A stretch of 64,000 nucleotides of DNA from Rebecca billardiae RCC1528 (Eukaryota; Protista; Haptophyta): assembly GCA_965240325.2 (NCBI GenBank), contig OZ251233.1, forward strand, positions 1,178,001 to 1,242,000, given 5' to 3'. This document shows, one piece after another, positions 21,617-34,100 of the stretch. Position numbers and translations under genes: made by a program. The notes below the pieces were generated by a model. The model made no database searches. It was not told the origin of the DNA and saw only the letters and a list, made by a program, of their open reading frames with translations. Each line of letters opens with the position of its first letter. Position 1 is the stretch's first letter.

Positions 21617-22114
21617 TCAGCCCTTCGTCACCTTGGCGCCCTTCAGCACGTCGAACCTCCACTCGAGGTTGGAGATTTGCACCGGCTCGTTGGCTTTGTC
21701 GTCGTAGTCGGCCCACATCGTCGGGTCCTCGGAGAGGTCGACGTCGGCGAAGACCTTGCCACCCGTGCTGGTCACCTCGTAGCCCTCGGTCGGGTGCCAC
21801 GCGGTCGGCTCCATGCCGCGGCAATCGAAGGCCACGATGGGTGCCCACTCGTCGTCGGGCGTGAGCGGCTTGACTAGGTCCTTCACCTCAACCACGCTCA
21901 TCGTGTGCTCGCGCTTGCCGTCCTTGATAACGAGGTTGGCGGTGCCGCGGCTGCCGTGCAGCTCGAGCTCTTCCGTCGGATCGAGCATCACCTTCTCGCG
22001 GGTATCGCCGCCCGCGCTGGGCGAGACATCGAGACACCACAGGTGTCCCTCGGGCGCACGGAAGGACGCGACGTTCTCGAGCTCTGCCTTCACGTACAGG
22101 GCGATGATCGGCAT
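21617..22114 (-). CDS. CZIB: DUF866 / CZIB (C1orf123) family protein lacking the CXXC motifs
   Basis: IALYVKAELENV, GSRGTANLV, IVAFDCRGMEP, FADVDL, WADYDDKANEPV are DUF866 hallmarks. Confidence 0.88.
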   Translation of the reverse strand: MPIIALYVKAELENVASFRAPEGHLWCLDVSPSAGGDTREKVMLDPTEELELHGSRGTANLVIKDGKREHTMSVVEVKDLVKPLTPDDEWAPIVAFDCRGMEPTAWHPTEGYEVTSTGGKVFADVDLSEDPTMWADYDDKANEPVQISNLEWRFDVLKGAKVTKG

Positions 22115-22383
22115 CGGGCCTCCGCGCGCTGGCGTACGCTCGCGACTGGTCAGGCTCGACGCAGCGATGAGCGAATGCGCGCGCTGACGAGGTTGCACTC
22201 GTCGCGCGGAAACCCGCGCCCACGCTTGAACACGACCTCAAGGAACGAAGGCCGTCCTCGCGCGCTTGCCACGGACCGACGAGGACGGCTTGCAAGCCGA
22301 GGAGGCACCAGCACCGGACGCGCGGCGGCGGACCGCGGAAAACGCCGATCGCTCGTCGACGCTCGGAGTCCCGCGATCGGGCC

Positions 22384-23763
22384 ATGGGCGCGTCCCATTC
22401 CGCGTCGAGCACGCACCTTCTCGAGCGCGCCGACCCGGTCGAGGTGGGCCTGCGCCTCGCGGCGGCGCTCCGCGCGCGATGGTTCGGCTCGTCAGACGAG
22501 TGGGCCCACCCGAGCTCGCACCTCGACTCCGACGAGGAGCTGCTCCTGCTGCGCGAGCGCATGCTGGCAATCACGCGCGCGCCGCTTCACGAGTTCCTCG
22601 CCGCCGTGCCTGAGAGCCCCGCGCGACGCGAGCTGACGGACGCCTTCTGGGAGTTCGACGGCTTCCGCGCGTACGCACTCGCCGCCGTGAAGGCCGACCC
22701 GTCGCTCGGCAAGCTCACGTACAAGGCCGTGCCCAAGCACTGCACGGAGAGCGAGTTCTGGCGGCTCTACTTTGCGAGCGTGCACGCGGTCTTCTCGGAC
22801 ATGCCCGACGAGGAGCCGTCGCCCGCCAAGTCGCGGCGCACGTCGAGGATGACCTCGCCCAAGCGGCTCCCTCCGCTCTCGCTGCCGCGCACAAAGTCCA
22901 ACTTCCTGCGGCAGGAGCCGTGGGCTCGGCTCGGCGGCGAGCTCGTCTGGCTGCTGTCGCCGGAGTCGCCCAACCTGCAGCAGGGGAAGCTGCATGGCGG
23001 CGCGACTGTGACGGCGGGGCCGCACGACGGCGTCGCGGGCTTCTCGTTCGAATCGCCCAGCGCCGTCTTCGAGCTCGGCGAGCGCGTGCCCCTCGACGGC
23101 GAGTGGACGGTCGCGTGCTGGTTCTGGGCGGACGAGGCGACGTCGATGCGCAAGCGCTGCCTCGTGTCCGCGCCGGACGAGGAGGAGCACGCGGTCTGCT
23201 CGCACGGCGGCGAGCTGGGCGTGCTGCTGCCCGAAGCGGGCGGCGGGTTCCATCCGTGCGGCTTCAACCTCTCCGTGCTCGGCGAGGAGGCCAAGGGCTG
23301 GTTCCACCTGGCTGCGGTGGGCGGGCGCGCGAAGACATCCTTCTATCTGAACGGCGGCTGCGTCGGCGTGTCCGACGCGCAGGCGGAGCACGACCTGCTG
23401 TACGTGGGGAACACGCCGCCCGGCGCGATCGGCACGCTGTCGCAGCCGTGGGGCGTGATCAGCGACCTGCGCGTCTTCGGGCGCATGCTCGACGAGGTCG
23501 AGCTCGTCACGCTCGCGCGGATGGTGCCCGAGGAGGACAGGCCGCCGATGCCGAGCACCGAGATCATTGCGCAGCACGCGCGGCAGCGCGAAGTGATCGG
23601 CGCGATTCACAGCCTCGAGCTCGCCGCGGACATGCTCGCGTCCGCCGACGTCACGCTCGGGTCCTCCATCCCCCGTGATAAGTGCGACCTCAAGCGCATG
23701 CGCGAGGACATTCTGGACCTGTCCAGCCGAGTCAAGGGCGATCGAAATGCTCAGTCTCAGTGA
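22384..23763 (+). CDS. BSD-domain plus LamG/ConA-like jellyroll protein, possible N-myristoylation
   Basis: BSD motif DPSLGKLTYKAVPKHCTESEFWRLYF; LamG-like WTVACWF..WFHLAAV..FYLNG..ISDLRVFGRML; N-terminus MGASHS. Confidence 0.8.
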   Translation: MGASHSASSTHLLERADPVEVGLRLAAALRARWFGSSDEWAHPSSHLDSDEELLLLRERMLAITRAPLHEFLAAVPESPARRELTDAFWEFDGFRAYALAAVKADPSLGKLTYKAVPKHCTESEFWRLYFASVHAVFSDMPDEEPSPAKSRRTSRMTSPKRLPPLSLPRTKSNFLRQEPWARLGGELVWLLSPESPNLQQGKLHGGATVTAGPHDGVAGFSFESPSAVFELGERVPLDGEWTVACWFWADEATSMRKRCLVSAPDEEEHAVCSHGGELGVLLPEAGGGFHPCGFNLSVLGEEAKGWFHLAAVGGRAKTSFYLNGGCVGVSDAQAEHDLLYVGNTPPGAIGTLSQPWGVISDLRVFGRMLDEVELVTLARMVPEEDRPPMPSTEIIAQHARQREVIGAIHSLELAADMLASADVTLGSSIPRDKCDLKRMREDILDLSSRVKGDRNAQSQ

Positions 23764-24294
23764 CGACTCATAATCAGGAATCTCAGCGCCTCAATTCCTC
23801 ATCATCGGAGTCATCATCGACTACAGTAGCTCATGCATCGAGATTCGAGTGATCGCGACGACGACGAGGACATGATAATGGCAGCAACATATATTCCGAG
23901 TCAACAGCGCATACGACGCGCATCATCGCGGTTAATAAATATACCGTGACGATGATAGTCTCAGACGTCCGCGCCCATTAGAACTTCATAGCGCATCGCC
24001 CGATCATGCTGCTCGCGCGCCGTCCGTAGGACCATGGCTGCAGCTGACACTGATGCGGCACGCAGAATCACCGTTGCTCGGGTGGGTCGCTGTGATGACG
24101 ACGCAAGCCAGCGGCGCTGCGGCACGATAACGATTCGCAGGCTGATAATGCGCTCGAGTCGGGCTTAGTTGGCAGTGACTAGTGAGTGTCACTCGACCGC
24201 ACTCCGGACGACTGGCGGCGCATGTCGAGTCAAGCCACGTGATATGGTCGCGCGTCGGGCAGACCCGATGCACGCCGACAGCTGCGGCTCGCGG

Positions 24295-25062
24295 CTACGT
24301 TGCGCCCTGCACCCCCTCATACGGGTTGGGTGAGCCGGGCGGGTAGTGCAGGCACCGCTGTGCAAAGAGGGCCATCGTGCCCGCGTGGTGCACGCAGCGC
24401 GGCAAACGAGTGAACGTCGTCTTCTCGTGGACGGGGAAGACGGTCTCAAAGACATCCTGCTCGCCATTCGCGAACGGCATGAAGTCGCCAAGCCGCGCCT
24501 TGTCCGTCATCACGCGGTAGATGTAATGGTTCGGGATCATCCAGTAAGTAAACGCATGGAAGCCATCATGCGGCCGCACGGAGCGCTCGTGCCCGGCCAC
24601 AAAGTATAGTCGGCGCCTGTAGAGCTCGAGCATCTGCGGGCGTGGGTCCTCTTTGAAGCACGCGTCGCTGTCGATCGCGAGCACGCCGTCGTACTCCGTC
24701 AGGTTCCACGTGTGCAGCTTGAGGACGGTGCAGTTCCCGTCAGGGCGGTTCTGTGTCTTGTCGTTCAAGGGCCACATGCGCGACGCGTCGCGCTTTCGTC
24801 GCTTCATGAAGTTCAGGCGCTCGGTCGGCATCACGATGACGCGATCCCAGTACCGCGTCCAGTTCGCCATGTATTTGGCGTTGTCAAAGCCGGCAACAAC
24901 GAGCACCTTCTCGACGCGAATGCCTGGCGGGCCCGGGGGCGCGAGCGTGGTCATCAGCGACTGGCCCAGGATGTTGGCGCGGTGAATCTGGTTGATGGGC
25001 GGGTTGTTACGCTTGTCTTTGGCCGCGCACAGGCAGCACATGATCGCCAACCGCGGCACCAT
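24295..25062 (-). CDS. Glycosyltransferase family 8 (glycogenin-like) protein
   Basis: TVLKLHTWNLTEYDGVLAIDSD (DxD motif) and GEQDVF; start codon uncertain. Confidence 0.8.
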   Translation of the reverse strand: MVPRLAIMCCLCAAKDKRNNPPINQIHRANILGQSLMTTLAPPGPPGIRVEKVLVVAGFDNAKYMANWTRYWDRVIVMPTERLNFMKRRKRDASRMWPLNDKTQNRPDGNCTVLKLHTWNLTEYDGVLAIDSDACFKEDPRPQMLELYRRRLYFVAGHERSVRPHDGFHAFTYWMIPNHYIYRVMTDKARLGDFMPFANGEQDVFETVFPVHEKTTFTRLPRCVHHAGTMALFAQRCLHYPPGSPNPYEGVQGAT

Positions 25063-25158
25063 CCCAGCACGTCCCAGCCTTCGCGCACGATGGCGCCCGC
25101 CGGTGGAGCCGGCCCGGGCGGGGGGGTTGGCGGGTTGCCCAAGGAATTCGTCTGTGCA

Positions 25159-26106
25159 ATGATGGAGGCCGCGCCGGCCGAGCAGGCGGACACGGCCATG
25201 CCACTGGCGGCCGCGCCGGCGGGAGAGCAAGAGCCAACGCTGTCGAAGAGAGCACGCAAGCGCGCAGCAAAACAAGCTCTGCGCGAGGAGCAACGCCGGG
25301 CGAAGAAGGCGCTGCGGAAGGAGCGCAAGCAGGCGGAGCGCGAGGAGCGGCAGGCGCGGGCACCCGCCGCAGCTGCGCCGGCAGGGTCCCCGAGGCAGGC
25401 GTCGATGGGTACAGCGCGGCTTCCAAAGGAGGTGTGGCGCTCGCGTATCCGCGAAGCGCTCGAGCGCACGGCCGAGCTGCCCGCCATCGCCATCGACCTG
25501 TCGCACGGCGCTCTGATGCGAGAGCACGAGCGCAAGAGCCTCGCCAGCCAGGTGATGTTTGCTTACGGCGTAAACAAGCGGGCGGAGCGGCCGCTGCCGT
25601 ACCACCTGACGTCGTACGAGGGCGAGCTCGCGGAGAACTTCAGGCGCATCTCGGGCTTCGAGCGCTGGCCGGTCGGCGTGCACACGAGGCCATACTGGGA
25701 GGTCTTCGAGCCGAGCTCAGTCGTGGTCCTCTCGGCCGAGTCGCCCAACGTGCTGCACACGCTCTCGCCCGGCAAGGTGTACGTCGTCGGCGGCATCGTC
25801 GACCGCAATCGGCACAAGGGCCTGCTGCACGCCGCGGCGTCCGAGCACGGCCTGGCCAGCGCGCGGCTGCCGCTCGACGAGCTCTCGACCATGCCCACAC
25901 GGAAGGTGCTCGCTGTGAATCACGTGGTTGAGATGCTGATCCGCTTCCACCAGTCGGGCTCGTGGCCGGACGCGATCCAGAGCACGGTGCCGCAGCGCAA
26001 GGGGCTGGTGTTGAAGCAGGGCGAGGGGGACGCGAAGCAGGGCGAGGGCGAGGTGGAGGCGGAGGGGACGGCGGAAGAGCAGGGCGAGGCTGAGGCGGCG
26101 GACTAG
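25159..26106 (+). CDS. TRM10: tRNA (guanine-N1)-9 methyltransferase Trm10
   Basis: LSKRARKR basic N-region, IAIDLS, KSLASQVMFAYGVN, LSAESPNVL, VYVVGGIVDRNRHKG, ARLPL, RKVLAVNHV. Alternative ATG at 25090. Confidence 0.93.
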   Translation: MMEAAPAEQADTAMPLAAAPAGEQEPTLSKRARKRAAKQALREEQRRAKKALRKERKQAEREERQARAPAAAAPAGSPRQASMGTARLPKEVWRSRIREALERTAELPAIAIDLSHGALMREHERKSLASQVMFAYGVNKRAERPLPYHLTSYEGELAENFRRISGFERWPVGVHTRPYWEVFEPSSVVVLSAESPNVLHTLSPGKVYVVGGIVDRNRHKGLLHAAASEHGLASARLPLDELSTMPTRKVLAVNHVVEMLIRFHQSGSWPDAIQSTVPQRKGLVLKQGEGDAKQGEGEVEAEGTAEEQGEAEAAD

Positions 26107-26603
26107 TTCGAGTGCCCGCGCGGCGCGGCTCCAGGCGGGTCTGAAGTGACGCGACGAGTGCGTATACGCTGCCGCGCTCCCGCTCCGCCTGATCCGGCCG
26201 CCCAGGCCCAGGCCACCCTGTCCCCTGGCGAGTGGCGGCCCTGCGCTCGTATCCGCGTGCTCGGGCTGATGCGCTGCGCTGCGCCTGATATGCCGCTGCG
26301 CTGCTGCACGTACCGCGCGCGGGCTAGTCAACGCAGCACCTGCTCCTCGAGCATGATATATGTGACGATATGGTTTGCAGCGCAGCGCCAGCGCCCGCTC
26401 GCGCCAGCAGGCAGCTCCGGAGTCCGGGACTCAGGCTCAGCAGGAGTGCAGCAGCACTGTAGTCGCGAAGGATGTATAGCATATATATATATATATTATA
26501 ATTATAAAATTATTATAATTACATAATCATATCTAATACTAGTCTATCTACGACAAGCAATGATGACTGATGACGGACTACAGCAGCACAGCCTCCAAGT
26601 ACA

Positions 26604-27460
26604 TCATGCGGCTTCGTGTGACGAGGTCGACACGGGCCGCACCTGCACCGTCGCCACCTGTTGCCCGGCGCCCGCCGTGCTGTCGGCGCTGCTGTCGACG
26701 ACCGTCGCCGCCTTGTGCGCTCTCCGCCGGCTGAACCAGTACGCGAGCACGCAGACGAGGCAGAGACAGGCGACGACGGGCACGACGATAACGAGGACCA
26801 GGAAGATCGCCGTGCCCTGCAACGGGATCTCCGGGATGTTCTGGCCGCCACCTCCGCCGCCGCCACCGTCCGAGTCATCGTCGTCGTCGTCGCCTCCGCC
26901 CCCGCTGTTGTCGTCGTCGCCCCCCGTCTCATTGTCGTCGGCTGCGACCACCTTGGTGACGCTCAGGCCGACGACCGTGACGCCGGTCGACGCCTCGACC
27001 GCCGACTTGATGGCGTCCGTCGAGCCGCTCACCAGCCCGGCGAGATCCTCGACGCTCGACGCCGCCGCCGAGCTCGCATCCGTGTACAGAACGTCAAAGA
27101 CGACCTGCACGCTCGCGCTCACGACCGCGAGAATCTCGACGTCGGCCGCGCTCACGTTGAGCCCTTCGGAGCCGTTCGCGTCGTTCAGGCCGTCGGCCAC
27201 GCCCTGGCGGAACGCGGAGCGGCGCTGCTGCCCACTCCCCGTGGTGCCGTCCCAGTCCGCGACCGCGCCGCCGAGCGTCGCCTGCGCGCGCACACGCGAG
27301 ACCCTCTTGTCGCCGGCGATGGGTGGGAGCGGCGGCGGCGCGGGCGGCGGCGGGCTTGGCGGCGGCGAGGGCGGCGGCGAGCTGGGCGGCGGCGGCGAGC
27401 TCGGAGGCGGCGGGCTGGGCGGCGGGGAGGGCGGCGGGGGCGGCGGCGGGCTGGGCGGCC

Positions 27461-27508
<48 letters not shown>

Positions 27509-28116
27509 GAGACGGCGGCGCGCTCGGCGGCATCGGCGGCCCCGCAATGCTCACAACCCCCTCAAGGTTGTCATAATACGAACCCCCGAGCACGGATGCC
27601 GCGCACGCGCCCGTGACGGCGTCGTTGGCGTCCGCGCGGTCCTGGATCGCGACGCGGACCACCGCGGAGCTCGAGCAGCGGCCGGGCGGCAGCGCGAGGA
27701 GCGTCACGGCGTCCTCGCGCGCGCTGCCCAGCCGCAGCTCCGCGGGCGCGTACACGCGCGAGTAGAGCTCCTCGGTTTCGTCAGCAGAGTCCGCCTGCGC
27801 GAGGAGCAGCTTGAGGCTGAGGCCGTGCACGCTCACGCGCGAGCCGGGGAACGCGGTGAAGCGCCAGGCGACGCGCAGGGCCCCGGGCGCGGAGGTCGTC
27901 GCGAGCTCGAGCCACTCGAGCCGCACGCCCGCGTGCAGCCGCGCGCACGGCGAGCCGGGCTGCAGGCTGGTGAACGTGCTCTGCGCCAGCGACAGAAGGC
28001 CGCACGCGGGCGGCGAGGGCGGCGGCGCCGGCGGGCTCGGCGGCGGCGTCGACGGCGGCGCGAGCGGCGGCTGCTCTGGTGGCGGCGGCGGCGGCGGATT
28101 TCTGGGCGGCGGGCTC

Positions 28117-28150
<34 letters not shown>

Positions 28151-31100
28151 CGCCAGGCGGCGCGGGCGGCGCGGGCGGCGGTGCCGGCGGCGGCGGCGAG
28201 CTCAGCGGCCCAAGCCCAAAGCTGCCTTCCAGGTTGTCAAAATGGCTGCCGCCGTCGCCAGTCGCGCACAGACCGAGCACCTCGTCGGAAGGTCCGGCGC
28301 GGTCCTCGAGCGCGACGCGCACGACGGCGGATCCCGAGCACCGGCCGCCCTCGACCGTGTACACGAGCGAGTCGTCCACCGTGCCGCCCGCCGCCGGCAG
28401 CCCCGCGCCCGGCGCGTACAGCCGAGAGGCCACCTGGGCAAAAGCGCCGCCATCATACGCGACGAGCACCTTCACGGAAACGCCGTTGGCGGCGGTGAAG
28501 CCGCGGGGCGCGCCGTTCTCGAGGACGGCGAGGAAGGACCACGCGACGCGCAGCTGGCCCGGCACGCCCGTCCGGCTCAGCTCGAGGCTCACCAGCGCGT
28601 CGCCCGTCGACGAGCGCTCGCAGTACGAGTTCTCGAGCAGGGAATCAAACGTGGCCGGATTCTCCGCCAGCGTGACGTCCGCGCACAGAGGCGACGAGGG
28701 CGGCGCGGGCGGCGCGGGCGGCGGCGAGGGCGGCGCGACGGCGCAGCCGGACGCGCGCAGCGAGTACTCTCCCGCGTCCCACAGGAAGCCCTCGACGAGC
28801 ACGTACGCCGTCGCGCGCGCCGGTAGGCTGACCGAGAGGGCGGAGGCGAGGCCGTTGCAGCCGCTGTCGTCGCTGTGTGCAATCTGCCGGGCAATCTCGC
28901 GCCCGCCAGCGCTCGGGCAGCCGTCGTAGACACGGAGCACGGTGTCAAAGGCGGAGTCGCACGCGTCGAGACTCACCTCGCCCGCGTCCGCGCCCATCGT
29001 CAGCCGGTACACGTGCTCGCCGCTCGGGAAGCCCAGGAACGAGAGCGCACCCGCCGTCGAGCCCGTCGTCGCGCCGCCGCCGCACGCGAGATCGCCCAGC
29101 ACGACCGCGCATGGAGGCGGCGGCGCGTGCGGCGGCGGCGCGGGAAGTGGCGGGGCGGGCGGCGGGCTCGGCGGCGAGGGCGGGGTCGCTGGCGCGGCCA
29201 CCGCCGAGAAGCGCGCCTCCAGGTTGTCGTAGTGCCTGCCCTCGCCCGAGTAGGCGCAGAGAGCGCCCAACGCATCGTCCGAGTCGGTCGCTCGATCCTG
29301 CAACGACACGCGCACGGCCGCGTCGCCGCACGCGCTCGGTGGCATCGAGTACAGCCACGAGTCCTCGTTGGTCGCGTCGAGCTCAAGCGCGGCGCGCGGG
29401 TACGAGCGGCTGAGCACCGCCTCGTACGCGCCGTCGCCGAGCCGCACCGCCAGCTGCACCTGCACGCCGTGGCGGCGCGTGTGCAGCCCCGAGCTCGCCG
29501 GCACAAAGCGCCAAGACAGCCGCAGCTGATGGGCGTGCGTTGTGGCCTCGATGGTGAGCGACTCGAGCCGGTCGTCCGAGGTGCCGCGCGCGCAGTCGGA
29601 GCCGGAGAGCAGCCCGGTGGAGGTTGCCTCCGAGCCGGGCTGCGCGCCCAAGCAGAGCGGCGGCGGCGGCGCGGACGGCGGCGGCGATGGCGGCGGCGGC
29701 GGCGCGGGCGGCGCGGGCGGCGACGCGGGCGGCAGCGGCGGCGGCGGCGACATGTACGGGCAGACTGCGCCGAGCCCGTACTCACCCTCCGCCCAGCCGG
29801 GACTCCAGTGGTACCCTTCGACCAGGACGTAGTACGTCGTGCCGGCGAGCGCGTAGATCGACGCGAGCGCGCCGAGCGGGCAGAAGAGCGCGCTTGCGTC
29901 GTTGTTGGACGCGGCAAGCTCCGCCGCGCCGCCAAAGGTCGGGCAGCGGTCGTAAACTCGCAGCACCGGATCGAAGGTCGGTCCGGGGCACGCGACGAAT
30001 GAGACGATGCCGTCGGCAGGGCCCATGGTGAACGTGTACACGTGCTCGGCCGACGGGTTGCCCACGCTGTGCGCCGCGCCCTGCGTGCTGCCGAGCACCG
30101 ACGGCGCGAGGTTGACCGAGCACGCCATCGGACCAATCGCGATGGCGCACGACTCGGAGGGCGGCGGGCTCGGCGGCGGCGGCTGGCGCGGCGGCGGCGG
30201 CGGGGCGGGCGGCGGCGAGGGCGGGGCGACGACGTGCTCGCACACAAAGGGGAAGCGCTCCTCGCACAGCTCGTTGACCCAGTGGCCCCACGCCGACTCG
30301 AGCGAGACGCACTGGCGCTCGAGGAAGGAGGCGCTGAAGGCATCAAACGTCGGCGGCGCGTAGTACAGGTCTGATTCCTCCGCCTGCGACCAGAACATGA
30401 AATCGGACGGGAACCAGGGAGAGCCCTCGGTCCACGCGACGACGGCCGGGATGACGAGGTCGTACGCCAGCCCGATCCACACGCGCGGGCCCAGCCCACG
30501 CGTGAGGCCGTGCACGAAGACCTGCTCCTCGATCGCGCTGATCACGGCGAGGTGAGCGCCCGGCCGCCACGCCGCGCACGCCGCCTCCGCCTCCTCAAAC
30601 GTGAGAGGCGTCGCGACTGGCCGGTAGCAGCTGCCGCCGAGCGCGGAGCACTCGCGCGCCGCGGGCGGGCTCGGCGGGCTCAGCGGGCTCGGCGGCGCCG
30701 GCGGCGGCCTCGGCGCCACGTCCACGATCTCGAACGTGCCCTCGACGTTGTCGAAGCGGCCCGAGTTGGCGCCGTTGCCGTGCGGCGCGGCGCACTCGGC
30801 CGAGATCGTGCCGTCTGGGACGGTGTCCTGCCGGACGGCGAGGCCGACCCGGACTGTGCCGACACCCCGGCACGCGTCGGCCGGCAGCTCGTACGTCGTC
30901 GAGTCGGCGTGCGAGGCGCCCGACGCGAGCTCCGACGCGTCGTACACGCGCGAGTACGCCTCGACGAAGGCGGCCGCGCCCGCATCGCCCGCCGTGGCGG
31001 CCGCGCCCGCGGCGGCGCCGCTTCGCGCACCCACCCAGACCGTGAGCTGAGCGCCGTGCTGCTGGGCCTCGTCGGCGGTGAAGGTCCACGTGAGCTCGAG

Positions 31101-34100
31101 CGTGCGCTCGCCGATCGGCGCGACCACCAGCGTCTCGATCGCGTCGGCCGTCAGCCCGCGCTCGCACGCCGACGACGAGGGCAGCGAGGAGAACGCGCGC
31201 GGCGCCTCGCCCACGCCGCGGAGCGAGCCGCAGAACGGTGGCGAGAGAGGCGGCGACGGCGACGGCGGCGGCGGGGTGTACGGCGGCAGGGGCGGGGGCG
31301 AGGTCGTGCCGGCGAGCTCGCAGACGAACGGGTGCTCGGCGGAGCATTGATCCGTCACCCACGCGCCGTCGGCCTCGCCGTCCATGCCCACGCACGCCTG
31401 GTTCTGCCGGCCGGGCGCCAGTGGCGCGTACGCCGTCGGCACTTGGAGTGAGCCGTCAGTCCACGCGCGCACAGCCTTGAAGGGGACGCGGCGCAGGCCG
31501 AGCCACGTGAGCCCGGCGGATGGCGGGAGGAGCGCGCGCACGAACGCGTGCTCCGCGGCCGAGCGCGTCGAGGCCAGGTGCGCGCCCGCCTGCCACTGCG
31601 CGCACAGCGCCTCCGCGCCGTCGAACGAGGCGGCGGTTTCAAAGTGCTGGTAGCAGCTGCCGCCAAACATGGCGGCAGGACCGCAGCTCGGCGGCGGCGG
31701 GGAGAGCGGCGGGCTCGGCGGCGGGCTCGGCAGCGCGCTCGGCGGCGCGCTCGGCGGCGGCGGGCTCGGCAGGTGCGGCGGCGGGCTCGGCGGGCTCGGC
31801 GGCGGGAGCGGCTGCGCCGCGCACCCGCTCGCACGCAGCAGGAAAGTTCCGGAAGGTTCCTCGGCCGACGCGCCCTCGAGCAGCAGGTAGTAGGCGGCGC
31901 CGGCGGGCACCGTGAGCGCGAGGCGCGAGGCGCGCTGGGCGAGGAGCGCCACGTCGTCCTGCGCGACGAGCGCCGCGCCGTCCGTCGGGCACCCGTCGTA
32001 CACCGAGAGCCACGCGCCGAACGCCGAGCCGAGCGAGTCGACGCTCAGCTCGCGCGGCGCGCCGAGCGGCGGGATCTGAAAGACAGCCTCTGGGGTGGCC
32101 GAGCCGGCGAGGTCGGGCGAGCCGAGCGTGGTGCCGATGAGCGGCGCGTCGCACGTGAGCGGCCCGCGCGAGACGGCGCACGCGGGCGACGGCGGCGACG
32201 GCGGCGGTGACGGCGGCGGCGGCGCGGACGGCGGCGGCGGCGGGCTTGGCGGCGAGGGCGGCGAGGGCGGCGAGCGCGGCGCGAGCGGCGGCGGCGACGG
32301 CGGCGTCACCACCGTTCCAAACACGGCCTCCAGGTTGTCAAAGTGCGCGGCCGAGCCGCTCGCCCCGGCGCACGCGCCGCCGAACGCGCCCGTCGGCCCC
32401 GCCCGGTCCTCGAGCGCCACGCGCACCACGCCCGCCTGACCGCACCGGCTCGGAGGGACGTCGAGGAGAAACTCGCCGCCGAGCGGCCGGCCGAGCTCGA
32501 CGCTCTCCGCCGCGTAGGCGCGCGTGTGCACCTCGTCGAAGGCGTCGCGCCCGGCGTACTTGACGAGCAGCTTGAGGCTGAGCCCGTGCGCGCTCGTGTA
32601 CCCGCCCGCGCTCGGCACGAGCCGCCACGCCACCCGCAGCTGCCCGGGCATCCCGGTGCTGCCCAGCTCGAGCCACTCAAGACGGTCGTTCACGTCGCCG
32701 CGCGCGCATGCCGAGCCTGGCTGCAGCGTGTCCGAGCGGCCCGGATCGGGGGAGAGCTCGACGCCGGCGCAGAAGGGCGGCGGCGGCGGGCTCGGCGGCG
32801 TGGGCGGCGGCGCCGAGTCCGTGCACCCCGACGTGCTCAGCGTGTACGCCCCCTCGCTCCCTTCGTACCCCTCGACGACCACAAAGAGCGTTGTACCCGC
32901 GGCGACCGTGAGCGAGACGCGTGACTGGAAGTCGCAGCTGTCGTCGTTGCGCGCGATCTCGGTGGAGCTCGGCGGGCACTCGGTGAAGACGCGCAGGAAC
33001 GTGTCGTACCGCGGGCTGGCGCACGTGTCGAACGTCACCTCGCCGCCCTCGCCGCCCATCACGAACGTCCACACGTGATCGCCCGCGGCGTTGCCGACGA
33101 GGTTGTCCGCGCCGACAGTGCTACCGGTCGCGGGCGCAAAGCACGAGAGGACGCCGCGCGAGATCGGGCAGCGCGGCGGCGCAGGCGGCGGCGTGGGCGG
33201 GCTTGGCGGCGCGGGCGGCGGCGGCGGCGAGCTCGGCGGCGCGGGCGGCAGCGGCGGCGGACGCGGCAGGCGCGGCGGCGGCGGCGGCGGCGCGGTGTAC
33301 GCCTGCAGCAGACGCGCGTTGGCCGCGTTCGGAAACGTCTGGTAGCTCAGCCGGCCGGTGAGCGCGGTGTCGAGGAGGGCCGAGCGGAGCTGCGCGGGCG
33401 TCGCGCCGGGGCCGATCGCCGCCGCGTGCTGCGCCACGACGCCCGCCACCAGTGGGCACGCCATCGACGTGCCCGTCAGCGTGAACGTTTCGTGTGGGCC
33501 GCCATAATACGAGCTCACAATCTCGAAGCCGGGCGCCCATATGTCCACACAGCTGCCGTAGTTGGAGCCGACGTTGGCGTCGGTCACCCAGCGCTCGTCG
33601 CGGTCGGCGCGGACGTGGGTGGCACCGACGGTGATCGCGCCCGCCGCCGACGCCGGCGAGTAGTTGCACGCGTCGTCGTTCTCGTTGCCCGCCGAGACGA
33701 CCACGGTCACGCCGAGAGACGTGAGCAGGTCGACGCCGCCGTTGAAGACTGGGCTGAACGGGCCGCCGAGCGACATGCTGACGACCTTGGTCTGCGCGGG
33801 GTGCACGAGGACCCACTCGAGGCCGGCGGTGATCGACGCCGTCGTGCCGAACCCCACGTCGTCCAGCACCTTCACGGCGTGCAGCCTCGCGCCGCGCGCG
33901 ACGCCGTAGTGCGTGCCGAGCGCTGTGCCCGCGACGTGCGTGCCGTGGCCGTCGCCGTCGGCGGGGTGCTTGCCCGGCTCGAAGGCGTTGAAGCCGTCGG
34001 CGACGCGGTTGGCGAACTCGCTGTGTCCCTCGTACGCGCCCGAGTCGAGGATGAAGACGTCCACGCCCTCGCCGTCGTGCTGCGGCGAGAAGGCGCCATC

